Source: Ascoidea asiatica JCM 7603 (lineage: Eukaryota; Fungi; Ascomycota). From it: a stretch of 64,000 nt of DNA. Both the position numbers and the translations under genes were made by a program. The stretch spans positions 402,669 through 466,668 of the forward strand of contig BCKQ01000008.1 in assembly GCA_001600695.1 (NCBI GenBank), given 5' to 3'. The notes under the pieces were generated by a model. The model was not told the DNA's origin and did no database searches. It was given only the letters and a program-made list of their open reading frames with translations. Below are positions 11,289-22,023 of the stretch, piece by piece (the stretch's first letter is position 1; each line of letters opens with the position of its first letter).

Positions 11289-13750
11289 CTATGGTTTGGT
11301 TGGTTCATCATTTTCAATGTCAACAATACCTTCAAAGTCTCCATCAGATTCAGAAGAATCTACTGATTTTCCCCTGGATTTGATATCAGCAATGATTCTT
11401 TCCCTTTCTAAAGCAATAAAAGGAGTTTTGGTTACTTTAGCATAAACCCATAAAATTGAAATTCTAACAACAGCAGTTAAAAGACCAAAAATTGCACTAA
11501 CAACAGGTGCAACAACAAAAGCACCGAAAGCACTCCAATCATCAACATACATACCATTCCAAACAATTAATAATTTACCAGCTTCTTTGACATTTCCATG
11601 ATAACAAACCAAACCATAAATAAATACAGAAATAAAACCAGAAAGTCCACCAATACAAATTTCCCAACCAGTTAAAAACCAAAAATAAGTATCAGATAAA
11701 CCTAAACAAATAATTGGAACAATACATGCAGAAACTAAATCTGCAATTAAATAAATTTGTAAAACATCATCAGCAACTTTTAAAGCAATAACAGCACATG
11801 GAACCATTAAAAGAAAAACTAAAACTCTGGCAAACCAAATATTGATTTTATTTCTGAATAAATCTAAAGAAATTTCAGAAACCATAGCACTTTGTAATGA
11901 ATCAAAAGTACAAGTTGAAATAACAACTACAAATAAAATCATTACACCAGATACCCATTTTGGCATTTTAGATAATAAAATAAAGAAAGAATTACCTCCA
12001 TCTGGATCATTAACAACAAAATCACCAGTCCAAACACCAATAATACCAGCCCAACCAAATAAAAATAAAATTATAAATATTAAAAGAGCTGCTAATGAAC
12101 AACCAATCCATAAATCTTTATCAGTTTTTGAAGCAAAAGTTCTTAACCAAAAATTTGAAAGGAAACAATTATTTGTAAAAATTGCAATCATTAAAATATA
12201 AAGTAATTTCCAAGATAATTTATTTGCAGATAATAATGGTTTCTTAGAAATTGAAGGATCAAGATCAACATAAGAACCAAAAGCACAAGTTGCAATAATA
12301 ATTAAAATACAAACAAATCCAGCTTGAATATTATCAGTTAAAAATGAAACTTTAAAACCACCAATTGAAGTATAAATTGCAGTTACAACACATTCAACAA
12401 TTACAACAGGTAACCCATCTAAACCTGATAAAGAATTAAAAGCCCAATAAATTGCAGATAATTCTGCAATCATATAAAGAAATAAAGTTAAAATTGTAAA
12501 AGAAGCAAGATATAATTGAGTTAATAATCCAAATCTTTGATAAGTCCAAGCAGTTAAAACAAAACCATCTGGACATTTTTTACGAATAATTGGACCTAAG
12601 AATGCAAAAAGAAACATTGGTAAAGAACATGATAAAGCATAAACTAAAACACCATGAATACCAGCAATATTACCGATTTGTGAAAAAGATGTAATTATAC
12701 CACATCCAAGAGCTATATAAATAATAAAAATAAATTGGTAAGAAAAAAAAGAAAAACAGTTAGTAAATTATGGAAATTTTTATAACTTAAGAATACTCAA
12801 GAATAATAAAAACCTCCGAGGAATTATTTAAAGAAAGTAATTAAGAATCAAAATGGGTTGGAAGATAAACTAGAAAGGAATAGATAAAGGAAAAGGATAA
12901 TTTAACCAATAAAAAGGAAAAAGATGGCTGAAAGAAAAAAAGCTTCAGACTTTTAAAAAAAAGTATAAAAAAGGTAGAGAAAATTTAAGCCAAGTGACTT
13001 CAATTAAGTAAAAGTGAAGGAGATTATCAGTTTAGACTTCATTCTTGTACTGATAATTCTTTTTTTAATAGATTTCATTCCATTCATTTTCTAATTTAAT
13101 AAATCCAAAATCCAAACAAATCAACTTAAAATACTTCATATATTTAAATAACAACCCAAAGAATTTAAATAAATTCTTAAATATAATTAATTAAAATTAA
13201 TTAAATGAATCAATTAATATAGCAATATTACTTCCTCACGCAAGTATTAACTTGATCGAGTATGAAATACGGTATAATCTCAGCCATTTATGTGGCACCC
13301 GTAGAATATTGCAATAAATTTCAAAAGGAAACTAAAAAAAAAACAAAGAAAAAAAAAAATTAAAAAAATAAAAAAAAAGTAGTAGATTCAAAAAGAGAAT
13401 CAAGTTAGTAGATATATGAAAAGATCGCAATTGGAGGAATACAAACCATAAGCTTATTTTTTTTTTTTTCTCTTTTTGAAATTTCTTGACTATGAAAATT
13501 CTAGAACAATACTATGCGAAGTTTAGCAAACAGGCTATATCAACAATAGAAGACATTAAATGGAATAAAATGGATTTAAATACGAACCAGATGCTAAAAA
13601 ATTAAAAGCTAATGCTAAACCCTTTTGGGACCTATTTGCAGATAAAAAAGTTTTATTATCGAGACAATAAAAACCAAGAGCAACACCAGTGATTAAACAA
13701 ACTGAATAAGTGACATATGCAATGGCGTTAGAAGCTTGACTTGACAACAT
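11289..13750 (-). CDS. DUR31: Sodium:solute symporter-family thiamine transporter (DUR31/NCU01977 type); exons 13750-13588 and 12712-11289, 528 aa
   Basis: Joining at 5'ss GTTCGT (13587) and 3'ss TAG (12713), with branch point TACTAAC (12765-12759), restores the frame ...FNFLAS-A-LGCGIITSFSQIGNIAG...; SSS motifs YTSIGGFKVSFLTDNIQ, FWLRTFASK; intronic TPP aptamer is characteristic of this gene. Confidence 0.9.
12713..13587 (-). other. 875-nt spliceosomal intron of DUR31
   Basis: GTTCGT...TACTAAC...pyrimidine tract...TAG; phase 1, frame-restoring. Confidence 0.9.
13222..13312 (-). ncRNA. TPP (thiamine pyrophosphate) riboswitch aptamer
   Basis: Minus strand GCAATATT-C-TACGG-GT-GCCA-CATAAA-TGGC-TGAGA-TTATA-CCGTA-TTTCATA-CTC-GAT-CAAGT-TAAT-ACTTG-CGT-GAG-GAAGT-AATATTGC: P1-P5 all pair, with the conserved UGAGA, GAU, UAAU loop and GCG. 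Confidence 0.96.
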
Positions 13751-14202
13751 GATGGAATAAATGATAAATAACAAAAGCAACGAATATTTTAAAGCAGAAA
13801 GAAGTTCTATTCAATCTCAGTTAACGATGACGATGACAATGAAGATAAAGAAGATGAAGAAGAAGAAGTAAAAGAAAAGGAAAAAGAGAGAAAAGCTTTT
13901 GAGAAAGAGGGAAACTGCTCAGCTTTTATACAATTTCGTCAGCAGCAACAGACAAAGAGGAAAAAATAAGAAAAAACAAGAAAAAGCTCGGCGCTTAAAT
14001 TAGTCACAGCCACGTGCATCTCCACAAAAAACGCCGCATGCAGTGCCACGCGTACACGCCACTCTACGGCGCTAGTTGTTTTTGGACGCCAGAATTGTGG
14101 GTGCGCTCTCAAAAGGGTATAACGACAAAAAATATTAATACTAAAAAATTAAATTTGGGAGTCATCAGACGTTTATTTGCTACAATTATTATTATACATT
14201 TT

Positions 14203-16761
14203 TTATATATTTGGATATTGAGGATATTGAATAGATTGATTTGCTTTTTCAACATTTTTAAAAGTTGGTAATAATGGAGGTTCATTTGTATTATTAAAAT
14301 TTTCTTCAAAATCAATTTGATTTGATAAAATTGGTCTATTTTCAATTTCAATACCAATATTACCATTTTCTTTTTTTAATTTTTTATTGATAATTTCTTC
14401 AATTGGATTTAATCTTAATTTTAAAGAATTATTTTGAAAAAAAGGTCCTTCAATTTCACTTTTATTTTTTAAAATTTCTTTAAATATTAAATTAACTGAT
14501 AATTGTTCATTATTATTATTATTACCAATTTCATTATTTGTTGAATTAGTTAAATTTGAAACATTTGAAAATAAATAATCAACATAAACATAAACTAAAT
14601 CATTTATAATTATTGTTGGTAAATATGAATTATATTTTATATAATTTATTAAATTTTTAATTTGATAAAAATTACCAAATTTTTTCTCAAAATTTAAAAA
14701 CATTATCCAAAATTCTTTATAATCTTTTAAAATTTCTTCTTTATATAAATTTAAAAAAATTTTTCTAATATATTTACTAATAATATTAATTTGATTAATT
14801 TCTTTTGAATTTATTGAATTATATTTAATTAAAATTAATAATTTTAAATATTCAACAATTATTAAACAAATTAATTTTTTCTTAATTAATTTTGAATTTG
14901 AATTATTATTAGTATTATTAATTAAAATATCATTTATTGAATCAAATTCTTTATCTAATTTTATTTGATTTTGAGATTGATTTCTTTTAATTGGAGTCAT
15001 GAAATATAAATTAATAATTTTTTCAAAATTTAATATAACTTTATTTATACCTTTCCATCTTTTTAAGAAATTTATATATAAATGAATTAAATTTTCAATT
15101 TCCAGTTCTATGTTATTATTATTATTATTATCATTATTATTATTTTGATAATCATTCGATGAATAATTTGAGATTAAAAGATTATAAAAATCATTTGAAA
15201 TTGAATTTTTTTTAAAATTTTCAAGAAATAAACAATAATTAATTCTTAAAAAATTAAAATTTATTGGAATATAAAAATTTAAAGATCTTTTATATAAATT
15301 ATTAATTTTTTCAAATTCTTTTGAATTTTTTTTTATAAAATATTTAATATAATTTATCCAAATAATTTCAAAATTTGCTAAAGGTATTAAAAATCTTTCA
15401 AAATTATTTATAATTATTAAATCTTTAATTATTAAATCTTCTTCTTCTTCTTCTTCTTCTTCTTCATTATCTTTATCATTTATATGATAATTTAAATAGT
15501 TTATAATATTTTTTAAATTTGATTTATTTATATTATTTAAATTATTTAAATCATATAAATTAAATTTTAAATTTATTTTATTTTCAAATAATTCCCAAAT
15601 TTTATTAACTTTTAATTGAATTTTTTTGAAATTAATTTGAAAAAATTTTTCAATTAATAATTTATTATCAATTTCATTTTCACTATTAAAAGAAGATATG
15701 AATTTATTTAATTTAAATTTATTTAAAATTAATTGATTAATATTAATATTATTTTTAATATTTTTAATAAATTTATAAAAAATTGTAAAAAATTTACTAT
15801 ATTGATGTAATGGAATTTTAATAATTTTTAATAAAATATTTAAATAATTTTGAATAAATTTTTTATTAATTGGATTTTTAATTAAATAATTAATTTCATA
15901 AAATTTTAAATAATTTTCCCAAATTAAATGTGAATAAAATTGATAACCAGAATTTTGAATTGCAATTTTATAAATATTTAAAATTTTATCATTATTATTA
16001 TTATTATAAATTTTAATTAAATAATTTATATAGTTTATCCATAAATCAATTGAAGATGGTAAGAAATAAAGAGATTTTTTATATAAATTTATAATTTCAT
16101 CATTTTCTTCATCATCATCATCATCTTCTTCTTCTTCTTCTTCTTCTTTGATATGTTCTTCCTGATTGTCATTATTTTCTTGTTTGATAATGATTTTTGA
16201 TTTAGATATATATAAATTTTGATAAAATTGAATATAATCTAACCAAATATTATAATATAAAGGAAATTTAATTAAGAATTGATTATATAATTTATAAATT
16301 AAATCTTTTAAAATTTTAATTTCTTCAATATTATATTGATTATTATCATTATTTTGTAGTTGAATTGAGATATTTTTAATTGATTGTAAGATTAAATTCC
16401 AAGAATTGATATCATTTAAATTTAAATTTATTTTTTTTTTTAAATTTATTAAATTTATAAAATTTTTAATTATAAATGAATTATTTAATGGATCATTTAA
16501 ATCTTTAATTTCTTTTGAATTTAATGAATTTAATGAATTTAAATCATTATCAGATTGAAATTTTAATTGATTTATTTGTATTGTTCCATAAATTCCAGTT
16601 TCTAAATCTTTTTTTGATTCTGATTCTGATTTTGAATTTGATTTTGAATTTGATTCTGGTTTTGAATTTGATTTTGATTCTGAAGAGGATAATTTGACAG
16701 AAGATTTAGTTTGCAAGTTGGGATTGGAAGTGGAGATGAAAGTATTGTTCATTGAAGCCAT
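14203..16761 (-). CDS. PRP42: U1 snRNP HAT-repeat protein, Prp39/Prp42 family (Prp42 more likely)
   Basis: First ATG at 16761; FLIKFPLYYNIWLDY, SIDLWINY, GYQFYSHLIWENYL, KIPLHQYSKFF; C-terminal PLLPTFKNVEK. Confidence 0.75.
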   Translation of the reverse strand: MASMNNTFISTSNPNLQTKSSVKLSSSESKSNSKPESNSKSNSKSESESKKDLETGIYGTIQINQLKFQSDNDLNSLNSLNSKEIKDLNDPLNNSFIIKNFINLINLKKKINLNLNDINSWNLILQSIKNISIQLQNNDNNQYNIEEIKILKDLIYKLYNQFLIKFPLYYNIWLDYIQFYQNLYISKSKIIIKQENNDNQEEHIKEEEEEEEDDDDDEENDEIINLYKKSLYFLPSSIDLWINYINYLIKIYNNNNNDKILNIYKIAIQNSGYQFYSHLIWENYLKFYEINYLIKNPINKKFIQNYLNILLKIIKIPLHQYSKFFTIFYKFIKNIKNNININQLILNKFKLNKFISSFNSENEIDNKLLIEKFFQINFKKIQLKVNKIWELFENKINLKFNLYDLNNLNNINKSNLKNIINYLNYHINDKDNEEEEEEEEEDLIIKDLIIINNFERFLIPLANFEIIWINYIKYFIKKNSKEFEKINNLYKRSLNFYIPINFNFLRINYCLFLENFKKNSISNDFYNLLISNYSSNDYQNNNNDNNNNNNIELEIENLIHLYINFLKRWKGINKVILNFEKIINLYFMTPIKRNQSQNQIKLDKEFDSINDILINNTNNNSNSKLIKKKLICLIIVEYLKLLILIKYNSINSKEINQINIISKYIRKIFLNLYKEEILKDYKEFWIMFLNFEKKFGNFYQIKNLINYIKYNSYLPTIIINDLVYVYVDYLFSNVSNLTNSTNNEIGNNNNNEQLSVNLIFKEILKNKSEIEGPFFQNNSLKLRLNPIEEIINKKLKKENGNIGIEIENRPILSNQIDFEENFNNTNEPPLLPTFKNVEKANQSIQYPQYPNI

Positions 16762-17159
16762 TCTATTGTAGTTCTCTTTACTCTTTCTTGTATCTGTTGA
16801 TGGATTGACTTGATCTGTTCCTGATTCACAAGCAACAAAACCACCAAAAGCAACAAAACACAAAAAAAGAAGCTTTAAAACATTTCAAATTCATTTCAAA
16901 TTCATTTCAAATTCAAAACAAAACAAAAAAATTCAAAAATCAAAAACAGGACGGCACGTGCGCGATGGGACAAAACTGTAAATATCCAGGATATAGTGTC
17001 CCGTCTCCGGCCGCTGTTTTTAACACCTCACAAAAGAAAAGAAACAAAGAAGAAGAAGAAGAAATAAAATAAAATAAAGGTTCTTTTGAATTGAGTGATC
17101 TGAATTGAATGGAAAGAAAAGAAGAGAAGAAAAGAAGATGTTAATAGAAGTCATTAGTA

Positions 17160-18227
17160 ATGGACTTCAAGATATATCTACCAATTCAATCAATTGAATT
17201 ACTAAACAACAATATCAAGAACTTGAAACTATTGGAGTTTTTGGATTTTTTAGAGAATTCTTCAAATAGACAGATTTCCTTTTTTGATGAATCAATTATA
17301 GGATTTGTAGTTCTATTCAATAATGATTACGATAATAATAACAATAACAATATTAATAAGGACAATAATAACGATGAAGTTACTGATGATATAATTGATG
17401 AAAATTATGATAATTTCATCAAAGATTTATCTGTCACTCTAGATTTATATGTTCATCCATCAAATTATAATAATAATTATCAAAGTTATAATAGTAATAA
17501 TAATCAAAGTAATAATAATATACCTTTAAATAATGATAATAATTTTCATATAAAGACTTTTACAATTAATAATAAAAATAAAAATTTATTATTTAATGAT
17601 ATTATAGAAATTGAAGTTGAAGATAATGATGATAATATAGATAATGATAGTATTGATATTGAAAATGAAAATGAAAATTATAATGATAATGATAATAAAA
17701 GTAATAGCGTCAATAGAGATAAAAAAAAGAATAAAAAGGGATTGAAGGATATAGATTATATACAAAATGAAATTAATTATGATACTATTCCTGAAGAAGA
17801 TGAAGATATAGATCATGATATTGATCAGATAAATACTATCAAAGAAGAAATACAAGAAACTAAAGAACCCAAAGAACAAGATGAGATTGAAGATAAAGAT
17901 AAAGACGAAGAAGAAGAAGAGGAGGAACCAAAGTTTAAGAAAAAAAAAATATATGTATCAATTTGGAAATTCACAATTCCAATATCTTATCCAAAAAGAA
18001 AAATCTCAAATCCTGAAATTCAATTATCAATTAATATGATTATTGATTATAATTATATTAATAATATTAATAACAAAAATCAAAATCAAAATCAAAATCA
18101 AAATTTAAATCATAAAACAAATAATGATAGTATATCTTCAATAAAATCTTCTTTTACAAATCAATATTTACCTTTAATTGAAAGAAATATACTTGATGGT
18201 TTAGATTCTCAATTTAATACCCCTTTA

Positions 18228-18271
<44 letters not shown>

Positions 18272-19709
18272 AAAAAGTATAATCACAAATAATACCAAGA
18301 ATAATAACAAAGAAACTTTTAATTTAATTGATAATAATAATTTCAAAGATTTATATATTAAAGAATCAAGATTAAATTCAATAAATCAATTAAATTTTTC
18401 TTCAATTAAAAAAAATCATAAAAAAAATTCATCTTCAATTTCAAAATTATATATTAATAATAATAATAATAATAAAAATAATTCTCATAAAAGATCTCAA
18501 TCTATAACAACTGAATTAAATTCAAATAAAATTTCTTTAAATGCAAATATTTTATTACCTGTTTATCCAGTTTTGAATATGAAATTACGTTGTACAAAAC
18601 CTGCTGGTAAAAATGATAAATTATTAGCAACTTTAGATATTGAACCTTCAAAAGAATTAAATAAAATTAATATATCTTTAGATATTTTTAATATTAATAT
18701 TGAATTTCCAAATGGTTCAATAAAACCATTATTACCTCCTTCATTAATGAAATTTCCAATAAAATTAAAATTAAATGATTCAATGAATTTTTCATATGAA
18801 TTAGTTGATCCAAATTCTTCTTTTTTTACATCTAATTTAAATAATTTAAATAATTCAAATTCAAGTTCAAAAAAACAAGTGATAATTAATATAATCTCAG
18901 TTCCAAAAAAATTTTCAGATAAAAATTATCTTGGTAATAAAATTATAACAAAATGGTCAACATTAGTTGATTTTAGTATAATTGCTCCACCAACAAATAA
19001 TGCATTAATAAAATCTTCAATAAATTTTTCAAATTCAAATTCAAATATTAATACAAATATAAATATGAATACAAATTCAAATTCAAATACAAGAAATTTT
19101 TCATTATCAAATTTAACAAATAATAATGGTATTAATAATAGAAATTTATCAAGAATTAAATCTTTAAGATCAACATCATCTGCATTAAATATAAATATAC
19201 CAAGAAATTCAAAATCAAATTTAAATGGATTAATTTTATCATTTGAAGGTACAACATATATAAAAATTGGAGAAATTTTTATATGGAAAATTCAAGCAAT
19301 TAATAAATCTCATAATATTTTAAATTTATCATTATATATTCAACCAAAAGAAAATAACACAATTTTAAATATAAATAATTTAAATAATTCAATTTTAAAT
19401 AATTTAATTAATAAAAATGAAAAATTAAATAATTTTAATAATATTATTAAAAGAAATTTAATTATTAATCCAAATAATTTAAATTTAAAATTATTTAATA
19501 CATTAAAATTAATACCATCTGGAATAATATGTTTAACAAATGATGTTAAAATTGGACCTTTAGAACCTTTACAAGTTTATGAAACTGAAATAAATTTAAT
19601 TGCAATTGAAAAAGGTATATTTAGTTTAAATGGAGTTAAAATTATTGATGTTTATACTGGAGAAAGTTTTGATTGTGGTAGATTATTAGAAGTTGTAGTT
19701 GTTGATTAA
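17160..19709 (+). CDS. TRS65: TRAPP-II subunit Trs65/Kre11
   Basis: C-terminal GIICLTNDVKIGPLEP...GIFSLNGVKIIDVYTGESFDCGRLLEVVV; GEIFIWKIQAINKS. Confidence 0.85.
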
Positions 19710-19775
19710 GATATTAAATATAAATAATTTTATATATTATATATATATATTATTATTATTATATTATAATTTTTA

Positions 19776-21119
19776 TTATGATGCTAAATCAATAAATGAA
19801 ATTGAACTATTATCAAAATTATAATGTAAAAATTTATAAGTTAAAGCATAATTACCAATCCAAATTTCAGAATCATCATAAGAAACACCAAGACCATAAT
19901 CAGTAATTAAAGAACAAGAAGATGTTTGACTACTACTACTTGTACTTTTTTGATGAAATCTTTCAAAAGGTAATTCTAAAATTTTAGTATTTGTATAATC
20001 ATTATCATTAATAAATGTAAATTTTAAATAATCAGTTAATGGATTAACTAAAAAACAATCAAAAGAAGAATCAGAAGAATCTATATTTAAAATTTTTAAA
20101 ATTTTATCATAAATTGATTGTGGTAAAGTTAAAAGATCAGTTTGTTGAAAATCTATATCAACATTAACATTTAAATAATTATTACTAGTTGAATTTGAAT
20201 TTGAAGTTGAAGTTGTAGTTTCAGTATTATCAGCAGGATCATTTGAATCATATAAATTTAAAGTATAATTATAAGTATTATTTGAAGTATCCATAATACC
20301 ATGAATGAATTGTAATTTTGATAATTTTATATATAAACCTGTATTTATTGAAGATCTTGTTAAAATATCAGAAACAGTTTTATTATAAAATTTTATATTA
20401 ATTAAATTATCTTGATAATTTTTTGATAATTTATCAGTTTGAAGTTCACCAAATTGAATTTCACCATTATAATTTAATTTATCAGTTGAATTATATATAC
20501 TAAATCTATTAAAAGTTGAATTTGATTGTAATAAAAAAATATTTTTAATTAAATTATTATAAGATTGAATATGATCATTAATTGAAGCTGCAACATCCAT
20601 TTTTGGATTTAAACCAATAATATTATAATCCCATTTTGAATATTTATTAATATAAACAAACATTTGATTTGATAAATCAAATTTATCAAAATACATATCA
20701 TCATAACCATAATAACTTTCAGAAAATGAATAATTTGTTGCAGAATTTAAACCAGCATATTTTGCAGAATTATCACCAGTATATGAATCAGTAAAATATT
20801 GACTTGAAGGAATTAAATAAAGAGAATCAGAACCTGAAGAATCTGAATTGGAAGAAGATGAAGATGATGATGATGATGAATCTGAAGTTGAAGAATCTGA
20901 ATCTGAAGTTATTATAGCTTCAGAAAATTGAGTTGAAATTACAGCTTCTAAAGTTACATAATCTGAAGAACCAATATCAAAATCTACAAATAAAATATTA
21001 TTTGAAGTTCTATAATATAAAGTATAATCAGTTGAAGATAAAGATTGAACAGATTGATCAGAATTAATTTTTATAAAGAATTGTGAAAAGAAGAAAATTA
21101 AATAAAATAATGAAAACAT
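19776..21119 (-). CDS. Secreted pepsin/yapsin-fold protein lacking catalytic DTG/DSG motifs
   Basis: Signal peptide; A1-fold landmarks FVDFDIGS, NIIGL, RFSIY..GEIQFG, LLTLP, IWIGNYALTYKFLHYNFDNSSISF; active-site positions read VISTQFS and IDFQQT. Confidence 0.75.
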   Translation of the reverse strand: MFSLFYLIFFFSQFFIKINSDQSVQSLSSTDYTLYYRTSNNILFVDFDIGSSDYVTLEAVISTQFSEAIITSDSDSSTSDSSSSSSSSSSNSDSSGSDSLYLIPSSQYFTDSYTGDNSAKYAGLNSATNYSFSESYYGYDDMYFDKFDLSNQMFVYINKYSKWDYNIIGLNPKMDVAASINDHIQSYNNLIKNIFLLQSNSTFNRFSIYNSTDKLNYNGEIQFGELQTDKLSKNYQDNLINIKFYNKTVSDILTRSSINTGLYIKLSKLQFIHGIMDTSNNTYNYTLNLYDSNDPADNTETTTSTSNSNSTSNNYLNVNVDIDFQQTDLLTLPQSIYDKILKILNIDSSDSSFDCFLVNPLTDYLKFTFINDNDYTNTKILELPFERFHQKSTSSSSQTSSCSLITDYGLGVSYDDSEIWIGNYALTYKFLHYNFDNSSISFIDLAS

Positions 21120-21597
21120 TTTTAATAAAAATTACTTATAATTGTCTATTTATCTATTTTAATGAATGAATTGAATATGTACAGTATTTATATTATTATA
21201 TCTATCTATCTCATTGAAAAGAAAGAAAAGCCAAAAAAAAAGAAGAAGAAGAAGATTACCTCTAAATAAATGATATTAGATATTATTACAATTATTGCAT
21301 ATTCAATTTAGATATTTTTATAATTATCATCATATTACAGTACTGCTTTTATTTTTACATTTGTTATAATATCTATGGAATTTCTCATTTATTATATTTC
21401 TCTCCCAATTTAGATTCAACTCGTTACAGTGATATTTAGATCTGGAACTTTGGCGGTGTGAAAAAGAATTACCAAAGTTAAGGGCAAAGTTAAAAACATT
21501 CCCAGAAACAGCAGAAAGGGGTGGCGGAAGATGGCGGTGCGGTAAGATTGAACCCGTGCTGGTGGTAATTGATTTATGTCTAGTGGTGTGTATTGAC

Positions 21598-21692
21598 GTA
21601 TATACCATCACCAAGGTACTACCAAATTTATGGTACTACCAGTTTAATGGTACTACCATTATCAAGGTACTACCACTTCAAAGGTACTACCA
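21598..21692. repeat. 17-bp-period array of GGTACTACCA with variable 7-nt spacers
   Basis: Perfect cores at 21615, 21632, 21649, 21666, 21683; degenerate copy at 21598. Confidence 0.9.
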
Positions 21693-21705
21693 TGCTTGTG
21701 GGTGG

Positions 21706-21787
21706 ACGCGTTTTTGTGAATATTTTTTTTATTTTATTTATGATTATTTTAATTTATTTATTTATTTATATTTTTGAGTTTACGCGT
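21706..21787. promoter_or_regulatory. Two MCB elements (ACGCGT)
   Basis: ACGCGT at 21706-21711 and 21782-21787, upstream of the ATG at 22024. Confidence 0.55.
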
Positions 21788-22023
21788 TGCTAATAAAGTT
21801 GGTAATTGGTTCTATTTTAAATATTGGTAACTTTTCACACCTTCAATTACTTACTTACTTGAATACTCAATTACTTAATCCTTTATAATTTAATGATTTT
21901 AAAATATAATCAAATATAACTTATTTAATTCATTCATTGCTATTCATTATTCATAAATCATATATTTCCTATAAATATAAGTACTTCTTTCTTAATTGAA
22001 CTTTTTTTTTGCCCTTTTTAAAA

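Noticed and set aside
13556-13780. 74-aa ORF as an independent gene
   Set aside because: It is exon 1 of DUR31 read into the intron
21598-21692. CRISPR-like repeat/spacer look
   Set aside because: 10-nt repeats and 7-nt spacers are far too short; eukaryotic DNA with no cas genes
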